Origin: a bacterium
GTDB lineage: Bacteria; Bacillota_I; Bacilli_A; RF39; UBA660
Direction of reading: 5' to 3'
DNA length: 64,000 bases
Assembly (NCBI GenBank): GCA_022779465.1
Contig: JALFTB010000020.1
Coordinates: forward strand, 7,923 to 71,922
The notes beneath the pieces were generated by a model, which ran no database searches, was not told the origin of the DNA, and worked only from the letters and a program-made list of their open reading frames with translations. Position numbers and translations under genes: made by a program. Below are positions 56,443-64,000 of this stretch, piece after piece (position 1 is the first letter of the stretch; each line of letters opens with the position of its first letter).

Positions 56443-57261
56443 GTGAATTGCTTTCACTTCACTTTTTCTTCAATATACGATATTGTGAAGAAGGAAAGGA
56501 GTGAGTTATTCATCAAAAGAAAATTAATTGTGTGGTTATCAGTAATAAGTATGTTCTTACTTGCAGGTATTAATGTTTATGCTGAAGAAGATATATATTA
56601 TACAAATGATAATGGTGTTAGTTTAACAAAAACTGAATATGATTTCTTTACTAAAATGTATTGGGACGGTTATCAAGAATTTGTTACACCTGCCAAATAT
56701 AATAAATATGCAAGTGAAAACTTATTTACCGCACCAGTAACTAGAGTAGAGCAAGATGATAATAATGGCAGTTATACTAGAGCTGGAACTATTCATGAGA
56801 CTTCAGCTAAAATTTTAACTTTATCAAAGGCTTGTGGCTCTATGTCCTGTTCTATAATAATTGGCTTACAATGGAAGGCAACACCTCGTGTATTAAGTCA
56901 TGACGTGATGGGAGCACTACTTTACAACGGGCTTAATCTAACAACTGATCCAATTACAACTTTATATTACAATTCAACTAACTGGTTTGAATCAAATGAA
57001 ATAAAGTATAGTAATAAAGGTTTTGGAGTATCTGTAAAATTACGTAGCAGTTCTTCAATGCTTAGATTAACACAAGAATATGATGTAAAAGGCACTGGTA
57101 TACTTTATGCCTCATATCAACATGCAATGTCAACAATTAGTTTACCAAGTAGTAAATGCTATACTGTTAACTTTGGTGGTTACGGTGGTGTATTTGACTT
57201 CTATGGTAATGCTTATGGCGTGTATGATCAAATGGCCGGAGTAGAAACTTCATTTAATTAA
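56443..57261 (+). CDS. Secreted protein of unknown function; start codon uncertain
   Basis: Signal-peptide-like KRKLIVWLSVISMFLLAGINVYAEE begins about 25 codons into the ORF. A GGAAAGGAG RBS lies at about 56492-56502, with no canonical start codon at the normal distance. Confidence 0.45.
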   Translation: MNCFHFTFSSIYDIVKKERSELFIKRKLIVWLSVISMFLLAGINVYAEEDIYYTNDNGVSLTKTEYDFFTKMYWDGYQEFVTPAKYNKYASENLFTAPVTRVEQDDNNGSYTRAGTIHETSAKILTLSKACGSMSCSIIIGLQWKATPRVLSHDVMGALLYNGLNLTTDPITTLYYNSTNWFESNEIKYSNKGFGVSVKLRSSSSMLRLTQEYDVKGTGILYASYQHAMSTISLPSSKCYTVNFGGYGGVFDFYGNAYGVYDQMAGVETSFN

Positions 57262-57425
57262 GCTTATATACAATTTTTATAGTTAAATAATTTTCTAATA
57301 TTGATGGTAGACATAATGTTGCACAAACACAAGAAAGTAATGGAAGGTAGTAGATATTACTACATTGAAAATGATAAGTATATTAGTTTTAATTTTGATA
57401 ATTAAGCTAATATGTTTATAAATAT

Positions 57426-57469
57426 GTATACAATATTTCAGCTTAATATTGTATACGGACCATAGGTCC
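57426..57469 (+). other. Tandem hairpins: a perfect 12-bp inverted repeat GTATACAATATT-tcagctt-AATATTGTATAC, followed by GGACC-ata-GGTCC
   Basis: Read directly. Located in a 270-bp non-coding gap. Confidence 0.6.
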
Positions 57470-57496
57470 TTGCTGTTTTGATGTTAATAGTAGAAC

Positions 57497-57531
57497 AAAA
57501 AAGATTCACTTGATGGGGTGAATCTTTTTTT
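57497..57531. terminator. Bidirectional terminator adjacent to the tetR stop
   Basis: Hairpin aagattcac-ttgatggg-gtgaatctt with flanking A and T runs. Confidence 0.75.
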
Positions 57532-57532
57532 G

Positions 57533-58102
57533 TTAAATACTTTCAATATTTTCAGGAATTAATTTATTTAAGAAATTATAAATTTCTTCTTTTGTGTATT
57601 TGTTAGTATTTTCTAACCATTCAATTCCTAAACTTAATAATCCGCCTAAATAGAATTTTGCAATTATTACTTTTGGAATAGATGAATTACGTTTATCATT
57701 TTTAATTTTCTTAGAAATGTCTTCATTAATAACTGATAGTAAGATATCCATCATGATACTATTTCTGTTGTTGGTCATGATAGAAGAGTAGATATCTCTA
57801 TATTCTTCAACATGGTCAATAAATAATTTAATTAATTCCATGTAATATTCTCTAGTGTCAGTGATGTGTTTTCTTTTATCTAATTCATTAGTAAAATTAC
57901 TTTTTAAGTCATTAATGAATTCAACTAGAAGTTCATATTTATCTTCATAATGAGCGTAGAAAGTTGAACGATTAATTAAGGCTTTATTACATATATCAGA
58001 AACTTTTATTTCTTCAAAAGTTTTTTCTTTCATTAAATCAATTAAAGCTTCATAAATAACTTTTTTAGTTTTTATAATTCTTAAATCAGTTTTTTTCTCC
58101 AT
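57533..58102 (-). CDS. TetR/AcrR-family transcriptional regulator
   Basis: N-terminal HTH (FEEIKVSDICNKALINRSTFYAHYEDK). 189 aa. Confidence 0.85.
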   Translation of the reverse strand: MEKKTDLRIIKTKKVIYEALIDLMKEKTFEEIKVSDICNKALINRSTFYAHYEDKYELLVEFINDLKSNFTNELDKRKHITDTREYYMELIKLFIDHVEEYRDIYSSIMTNNRNSIMMDILLSVINEDISKKIKNDKRNSSIPKVIIAKFYLGGLLSLGIEWLENTNKYTKEEIYNFLNKLIPENIESI

Positions 58103-58277
58103 TTCAAATCACCAATTTCATTATACACAAAAGAAAACATTTGTAAAGATAACTAACAAAGTGTTGCTTATTATTGATACATTTTTTGTAAAGTGTTGGA
58201 AAACATACAGATTAAATGATATTTGTGTGTTAATAAATTAAACTTCATAATAAAATATTATGCGAATGGAGGAAATT

Positions 58278-60335
58278 ATGGATAAATTTGCAAAGGGTAT
58301 TTGTAAAAATAAAGTTATCATTATGTTAGTTACCTGTGTTTTAGTTGTTTTATCTTTTATAGGTATGAGCTTAACTAAAATTAATTATGATATTTTAGTT
58401 TATTTACCTAAAGATATTGAAACTATTAAAGGACAAGATATTTTAACTGATGATTTTAATATGGGTGCTTATTCAATAGCGATAGCTAAAGATTTAAGTA
58501 GTAAACAAATACTTAAATTAGAAGATGAAATTAAACAAGTTGATGGTGTAAATGAAGTTGTATCTTTATATGATGTGTTAGGTACTACTGTTCCGGTTGA
58601 TATGCTTCCTGAAGAAATATCTAGTCATTTATATGAAGATGATACAGATATCTTATTTATAACATTTGCTGGTTCTACTTCATCTGAGCAAACAATTGAT
58701 GCAGTTGAAAACATTAGAGAAATAACAAGTGATAAGGCATTACTTGGTGGAATGAGTTCTATGGTATTAGATACTATGAACTTATCAGAATCTGAGATTA
58801 TGATTTATATTGTTATTGCTGTAGTGTTATGTATCATTGTATTAGAACTTTCATTAGATTCTTATTTAGTTCCAATTTTATTACTTTTAAATATTGGAAT
58901 TGCAATATTATTTAATTTAGGTTCAAATATTTTCTTAGGTGAAATATCCTATATAACAAAAGCTTTGGTTGCAGTATTGCAATTAGGGGTTACTACTGAC
59001 TTCTCAATTTTCTTATATCATTCATATGAGAAAAAGAAGAAAGAATATGCTAATAAAGAAGATGCAATGGCAGATGCAATTAAAGAAACATTTACATCTG
59101 TTATTGGTAGTTCTTTAACTACTATTGCTGGTTTCTTAGTATTATGTACTATGAAATTAACATTAGGTAAAGATTTAGGCATTGTAATGGCTAAAGGAGT
59201 ACTTTTAGGAGTTGTTACTGTACTTACAGTATTCCCAAGTTTATTATTATTACTTGATAAATATATTGAAAAAACTAAACATAAGAGTTTAGCAATTAAT
59301 TTTAGTAAATTAAATAATTTTATAGTTAAACATCATGTTGCATTTTTTGTAATATTCTTAGTTTTAGTTATTCCTTGTTATTTAGCTTATAGTAAAGTTG
59401 ATGTTTATTATAAGATAGATAAATCATTACCTAGTACATTAGAAAGTATTAAAGCTAATGAAGAATTAAAAAATAAGTTCAATATTGTTAGTCCAGAGAT
59501 ATTGTTAGTTCCTTCTGATATGAAATCTAATGATATTAATGATATGGTTTCTGAAATTAAAACTATAGATGGTATTGATTTTGTATTATCTTTTGATGAA
59601 TTAAAGAAATTAGGTATATCTGAAAATATGCTTAGTGATGATGTTGTAAGTGTATTTAAAAATGATAAATATGAAATGATTTTAGTTAACTCTTTATATG
59701 AGGTTGCTAGTGATGAATTAAATGATCAAATAACTGATTTAAATAAAGTTGTTGATAAATATGATAAAAATATAATTGTTGCTGGTGAAGGACCTTTAAT
59801 GAAGGATTTAATTAATATTAGTGATACTGATTTTAATAATGTTAATTATTCTTCTATTATATGTATTTTAGTTATATTATTCTTTGTATTAAAGAGTTTC
59901 TCATTACCAATATTATTAATTGCAGCAATAGAGACAGCTATATTTATTAATATGTCATTCTCATATTTTGGTGGAGTTGTTCTTCCTTTTGTAGCACCAA
60001 TTGTTTTAGGTACTATTCAATTAGGTGCAACAATAGATTATGCAATTCTAATGACAACTAATTATTTAGAAAGAAGAAAAACAATGGCTCCTAAAGAAGC
60101 TATGGTGGATACTTTAAATTATTGTGCTAATTCAATATTTGTAAGTGGTTTATGTTTCTTTGCAGCAACATTTGGTGTAGGTGTATATAGTGATTTAGAA
60201 ATGGTTGGATCTTTATGTACATTAATATCTAGAGGAGCAATTGTAAGTATGATTGTTGTAATAACTATTGTTCCATCAATATTGTTAGTATTTGATAAAT
60301 TAATAAGTAAAACGACTAAAAGAAAGGAATGTTAA
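58278..60335 (+). CDS. MMPL/RND-superfamily membrane transporter
   Basis: Two 5-6-TM bundles, each preceded by a large extracytoplasmic loop. Duplicated architecture typical of Firmicute MMPL (YdfJ/YdgH-like) proteins. Confidence 0.75.
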   Translation: MDKFAKGICKNKVIIMLVTCVLVVLSFIGMSLTKINYDILVYLPKDIETIKGQDILTDDFNMGAYSIAIAKDLSSKQILKLEDEIKQVDGVNEVVSLYDVLGTTVPVDMLPEEISSHLYEDDTDILFITFAGSTSSEQTIDAVENIREITSDKALLGGMSSMVLDTMNLSESEIMIYIVIAVVLCIIVLELSLDSYLVPILLLLNIGIAILFNLGSNIFLGEISYITKALVAVLQLGVTTDFSIFLYHSYEKKKKEYANKEDAMADAIKETFTSVIGSSLTTIAGFLVLCTMKLTLGKDLGIVMAKGVLLGVVTVLTVFPSLLLLLDKYIEKTKHKSLAINFSKLNNFIVKHHVAFFVIFLVLVIPCYLAYSKVDVYYKIDKSLPSTLESIKANEELKNKFNIVSPEILLVPSDMKSNDINDMVSEIKTIDGIDFVLSFDELKKLGISENMLSDDVVSVFKNDKYEMILVNSLYEVASDELNDQITDLNKVVDKYDKNIIVAGEGPLMKDLINISDTDFNNVNYSSIICILVILFFVLKSFSLPILLIAAIETAIFINMSFSYFGGVVLPFVAPIVLGTIQLGATIDYAILMTTNYLERRKTMAPKEAMVDTLNYCANSIFVSGLCFFAATFGVGVYSDLEMVGSLCTLISRGAIVSMIVVITIVPSILLVFDKLISKTTKRKEC

Positions 60336-60337
60336 TT

Positions 60338-62089
60338 ATGAATAAAAATGTAAAAAAAGCTACTTCTATAATGTTAGTTAGTAGTATCTTATTAACAAGT
60401 ATGCCTGTAAATGTATTTGCTTTAACTAAACAAGAAACTGTTTATGGTAAATTAGAAATTAATGGCGCTCAAAAGAGTGTTACTGTTAATGAACATATTG
60501 TTAATAATAAAGAAATAAATAAAATCGAAGATTATTCTGAACTTAAAGATATTTTAAATCTTAATGGTGATGAAAAATATACTATTAAAGATAATAAAGT
60601 AACTTGGGAAGCTAATGGTAACGATATTTTTTATCAAGGTACTTATGAAGATAAATTACCAATAGATGCTAATATTACTTATAAATTAGATGGTAAAACA
60701 ATGAATGTAAGTGATATGTTAGGTAAATCTGGTAAAGTTACTATTAAAATTAATTTAAAAAATAATGATAGACATTTAGTTAAAGTAAATGGTAAGAGTG
60801 AATATTTATATACACCATTTGTTGTTACTTTAGGTACTATTATTGATGGTAATGCTAAAAATGTAACTATTAATAATGGTAAAGTAATTAATAATGGTAC
60901 TAAAAATATTGTAGTTGGAGTTGCTACTCCTGGCTTATATGATAGTTTAAAGATTTCTAGTTTAAGTTCTTTAAATAATTTAACTATTAGTTATACTACT
61001 GATAATTTTGAATTATCTAGTATGTATATGGTTGCTACTCCTAAATTATTAGATAGTGATGATTTAAAGATTTTTGATGAATTAGATTCTTTATATGGTA
61101 AAGTTAATTCTTTACAAGATAATATGAATTTAATTGATGAAAGTGGTAAAAAAATTAAAGATGGATCTAATACTTTAAAGAGTAAATTAGGTGAATCTAT
61201 TAATAATTTATCTAAAAATACTGGTAATGCTTTAACTGATGAACAAGTTAGTGGTATTGAAAATAGTGCTGTAAGTACTGTTAAGGGTATGTTTACTGAT
61301 GAATATAAAGTTCAAATTGCTGAGTCTGCTTGGGAAACTGTTCAAAAGAGTTTAAATAGTAATGATCCTGAAGTTATTAAGATTGTTAAAGAATCAGTTA
61401 CTAAGGCTGTTACTGAATATTTAGTTAATGCTAATTTAGCTGCTGATTATCAAAATTGTGAAACTGGTAAAGTTATAGTTTCTAAGGGTGGAGTAATGAC
61501 TGAAGAACAAATGAAGAGTTGTTTAGTTATGAAAAATAATGAAGAAGCTATTAAGGCTGTTACTAATGCAGCTACTACAGCAGCAACATTAAGTGCAACT
61601 AAAACTGCTAATTATGTAGCTGAAAAAGTTTCTAAATCTGTTGCTACTGAAGCAGCTATGAATTCTGCTTTAGCTGTTGCTAAGAGTGTTTCTGGTAGCG
61701 TTGCTAGTAATGTAGCTAATACTGTCAAAGAAGAGTCAATAAAGAGTGTTTCTAATTCTTTAGGTACTTTATATGCTGGAATAGATGAACTTGATAATGG
61801 TATAATTAAACTATCATCAGGAATATCAAAATTTAATAAAGAAGGTATTAATAATATTAGTAATCTTGTTAATACTAAATTAAAGGATACATCTGCAAGA
61901 GCTGAAAAGTTAATTGAACTTGGTGAAAATTATAAATCTGTAGATAGTAACAAAAATTTAAGTGGCGATAGTGAAACTAAATTTGTATTAGTTGTAGAAG
62001 GACAAAAAGCAAAAGATACTACTAAGAGTAATACAACTAAAACAACTAAAGTATCATTATGGCAAAGAATTAAAAACTTATTTAAATAG
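60338..62089 (+). CDS. Secreted YhgE/Pip-N-terminal-like protein with LxxG heptad-type repeats
   Basis: Signal peptide. The GIDELDNGIIKLSSGISKFNKEG segment resembles YhgE/Pip repeats. An Ala/Thr/Ser-rich helical region follows. Confidence 0.45.
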   Translation: MNKNVKKATSIMLVSSILLTSMPVNVFALTKQETVYGKLEINGAQKSVTVNEHIVNNKEINKIEDYSELKDILNLNGDEKYTIKDNKVTWEANGNDIFYQGTYEDKLPIDANITYKLDGKTMNVSDMLGKSGKVTIKINLKNNDRHLVKVNGKSEYLYTPFVVTLGTIIDGNAKNVTINNGKVINNGTKNIVVGVATPGLYDSLKISSLSSLNNLTISYTTDNFELSSMYMVATPKLLDSDDLKIFDELDSLYGKVNSLQDNMNLIDESGKKIKDGSNTLKSKLGESINNLSKNTGNALTDEQVSGIENSAVSTVKGMFTDEYKVQIAESAWETVQKSLNSNDPEVIKIVKESVTKAVTEYLVNANLAADYQNCETGKVIVSKGGVMTEEQMKSCLVMKNNEEAIKAVTNAATTAATLSATKTANYVAEKVSKSVATEAAMNSALAVAKSVSGSVASNVANTVKEESIKSVSNSLGTLYAGIDELDNGIIKLSSGISKFNKEGINNISNLVNTKLKDTSARAEKLIELGENYKSVDSNKNLSGDSETKFVLVVEGQKAKDTTKSNTTKTTKVSLWQRIKNLFK

Positions 62090-62103
62090 AAAGAGGAGAA
62101 GTT

Positions 62104-62670
62104 ATGTTAGATAAGATTAATAAGTATTTAAATTTATCATTAATTATTTCAGGGGTAATGGCAATTTTAGGAGTAGTACTTATGGTTTATCCAGAAGTAT
62201 CATTCACAGTTATTTCATATGTTATTGGAATATCATTCTTAGCTGCTGGAGTTTCATTATTATTTATTGAAAGAAAATTTATGTTTAGTTTATTTAATGG
62301 AGCTTTAATATTTATTTTAGGTTTATTAATAGTAATTCATCCAGAATTATTAAAAGTTATGATTCCGATTATTGTAGGTTTATGGTTTATTATTAATGGA
62401 GGCTTAAAATTTAGATTAGGTACATTATTTAAAGATATTGATAATAAAAAATATTGGTTAACTATTATCTTAGCTTCTTTATCATTTGTTTTAGGTATTG
62501 TTTTAGTAATTAATCCAATTGAAAGTGCAAGTGCTTTAACATTATTTTTTGGAATTATGTTAGTATCTTATTCAATTTGTGATATTGTAGATTTTATAGT
62601 TATTAAAAAATACATTAAAGATTTTAGTAAAGAATTAAATAAAAAATTAGAAGCATTTATTAATTATTAA
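62104..62670 (+). CDS. DUF308/HdeD-like membrane protein
   Basis: Six TM segments built from repeated short hydrophobic units. Confidence 0.5.
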   Translation: MLDKINKYLNLSLIISGVMAILGVVLMVYPEVSFTVISYVIGISFLAAGVSLLFIERKFMFSLFNGALIFILGLLIVIHPELLKVMIPIIVGLWFIINGGLKFRLGTLFKDIDNKKYWLTIILASLSFVLGIVLVINPIESASALTLFFGIMLVSYSICDIVDFIVIKKYIKDFSKELNKKLEAFINY

Positions 62671-62674
62671 GAAT

Positions 62675-62702
62675 GTTACTAGTTTATCTAGTAACTTTTT
62701 TT
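62675..62702 (+). terminator. Rho-independent terminator
   Basis: Hairpin gttactag-tttat-ctagtaac followed by T7. Confidence 0.8.
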
Positions 62703-62741
62703 GTTGTGTGTTATATTTTAATTAAGAAAAGGAGATTTTAT

Positions 62742-62939
62742 ATGAAAGAAGACGAAATTAATTTGATATATAGTATGCTTTTAAACATTAAAGAGAGAGT
62801 TAATGAAATTACTGATAATTTTGATGTTAAAAATCCAGATTGGGAAAAATTATTATCAGTTTTAAGTGAATGTGAAGCAGAAATGGTTTATGTTTTAACT
62901 AAAGCTAAAGATGAACATGAAAAAAATACTAGTAAATAG
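62742..62939 (+). CDS. Small hypothetical protein
   Basis: Start at the ATG after AAGGAG. The upstream part of the track ORF covers the terminator. Confidence 0.3.
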   Translation: MKEDEINLIYSMLLNIKERVNEITDNFDVKNPDWEKLLSVLSECEAEMVYVLTKAKDEHEKNTSK

Positions 62940-62945
62940 TATTTT

Positions 62946-63566
62946 TTATTTGGTAAATTTTAAATCTTCGTTATTATCATTTTTTAATATTAGTTCTTTT
63001 TGATTATAAATTAGATATGTTTTATTTTCCTTATCATCTTTAAGATAGATACCTAAACCATTATGATCATCATTAATTGTTCCTTCAGTTTTTTCTTTGT
63101 TGATTGTTAAAGTGTAGTGGTTGTTTTTGGTGTCTATTTTTAGTTTATCTTTCTTATTTTTCCATGTGCCTTTTAAATTAGATAGGGTGTAGGTATTTAT
63201 TTGTTTATCTGATTTAATAAATGATAATTCAATTGATTTTCTTAGTTTATTTTGTCCTTCTTTAGTTAAGGTTAATTTTCCATTGTTAATATCTAAAATA
63301 TATTTAAAGCCATCATATTCGATGTATGGAGAACCATCTGTTTCGTTAACTAAATATTTACCGGTTCCTTGTCTTCCTTCTTCATTTTGATATTCATATA
63401 TTTTGTCATTGAAGTCTAGTTTTAGTAGGGAACCGTTTTTATTTTCCCAAGTTCCGTCATATACGTCGATGATGGCATCTGGATCTATTATGCTATTTTC
63501 TTTTTTAGTACATGCTATTGTGGTTATTAAAAGTCCAGTTAAAAGAATTATTTTTATATATTTCAT
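62946..63566 (-). CDS. Lipoprotein with an internal duplication
   Basis: Lipobox LLITTIAC. Repeated GTWENKNGSLLKLDF / GTWKNKKDKLKIDT units. Confidence 0.55.
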   Translation of the reverse strand: MKYIKIILLTGLLITTIACTKKENSIIDPDAIIDVYDGTWENKNGSLLKLDFNDKIYEYQNEEGRQGTGKYLVNETDGSPYIEYDGFKYILDINNGKLTLTKEGQNKLRKSIELSFIKSDKQINTYTLSNLKGTWKNKKDKLKIDTKNNHYTLTINKEKTEGTINDDHNGLGIYLKDDKENKTYLIYNQKELILKNDNNEDLKFTK

Positions 63567-63624
63567 AAGTTTACCTCCTAATAAAATTATACTAAAAAAA
63601 GTGGATTTATGCCACTTTTAAAGG

Positions 63625-64000
63625 TTATTTTTCATTTTTAGTATTAATACTCATTGGACTACTTATTTTGTCTTTATTGTCTTTAATCCAGATATAATAC
63701 TTTTTATTTTGATAGACAGTAATTGTTGCTGTACTATTCTTTATTTCTTTCCAACAAATATTGTTGATATCTGGTGTACTTTTTGTGGGTTTAACACAAA
63801 ATTCTTTGGCATCACCTGATGTCGTTATATCTAATTTACCGTTTTTAGATTCAATACTTTCAATTTTAGCACTCATGTCATCTTCAACTTTAACATAGAA
63901 TGAGTTACTTTCTTTGTTACGTGGTAAGATATTATATACTGAAACAACGGTTAAGATAATTAGGACTATTAGTCCAGCAGTTAATATAAATGTTGATTGA
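63625..64000 (-). CDS. Membrane-anchored hypothetical protein, 5' end beyond the window
   Basis: The reading frame stays open upstream of the track ATG (63876) to the window edge and encodes a TM helix (FILTAGLIVLIILTVVSVY). Confidence 0.4.
   Translation of the reverse strand, partial: QSTFILTAGLIVLIILTVVSVYNILPRNKESNSFYVKVEDDMSAKIESIESKNGKLDITTSGDAKEFCVKPTKSTPDINNICWKEIKNSTATITVYQNKKYYIWIKDNKDKISSPMSINTKNEK

Noticed and set aside
57304-57405. 33-codon ORF (MVDIMLHKHKKVMEGSRYYYIENDKYISFNFDN) in the gap after the secreted-protein gene.
   Set aside because: It has no RBS, no promoter-like elements and no recognisable motif. It is probably a chance ORF or a gene remnant.

Overview
This is a very AT-rich chromosomal segment from a spore-forming low-GC Firmicute (Bacillota); I cannot place it more precisely from sequence alone. 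Sporulation genes are present: spo0A, a cotJ operon, and yunB/yutD/yutH/yutI-like genes.

Contents, left to right:
- spo0A, preceded by a striking operator-like array, then a ClpC-like ATPase with a degenerate second AAA+ module, then cysS.
- A roughly 15 kb Wzx/Wzy-type capsule/exopolysaccharide locus (5.3-20.0 kb). It holds a CDP-alditol cassette bracketed by an intact and a decayed copy of vanZ.
- fhs, a solitary amidoligase-family gene, and uvrB.
- A HigB / HigA-ImmA toxin-antitoxin cassette inserted into a terminator and flanked by 40-bp direct repeats.
- Housekeeping and sporulation genes: VanY-type carboxypeptidase, CBS-pyrophosphatase, P-type ATPase, cotJ, trmL, ferredoxin, and a yunB-yutD-yutH-yutI-like block.
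- Twelve tRNA genes in three clusters, two of them divergent operons.
- Phosphoketolase.
- An ATP-grasp + aspartate racemase + CapA-like trio.
- An AMP-ligase paired with an E2-like acyltransferase whose catalytic His is replaced by Glu.
- An unlisted 41-codon basic ORF with its own promoter, RBS and terminator.
- A membrane-tethered XRE regulator with a secreted protein.
- A TetR-MMPL-YhgE-like-DUF308 module.

I recognised no rRNA, CRISPR array, transposase, integrase or prophage gene. All family calls come from motif reading of the supplied translations, not from database searches. Coordinates of small features were counted by hand and may be off by 1-2 nt.
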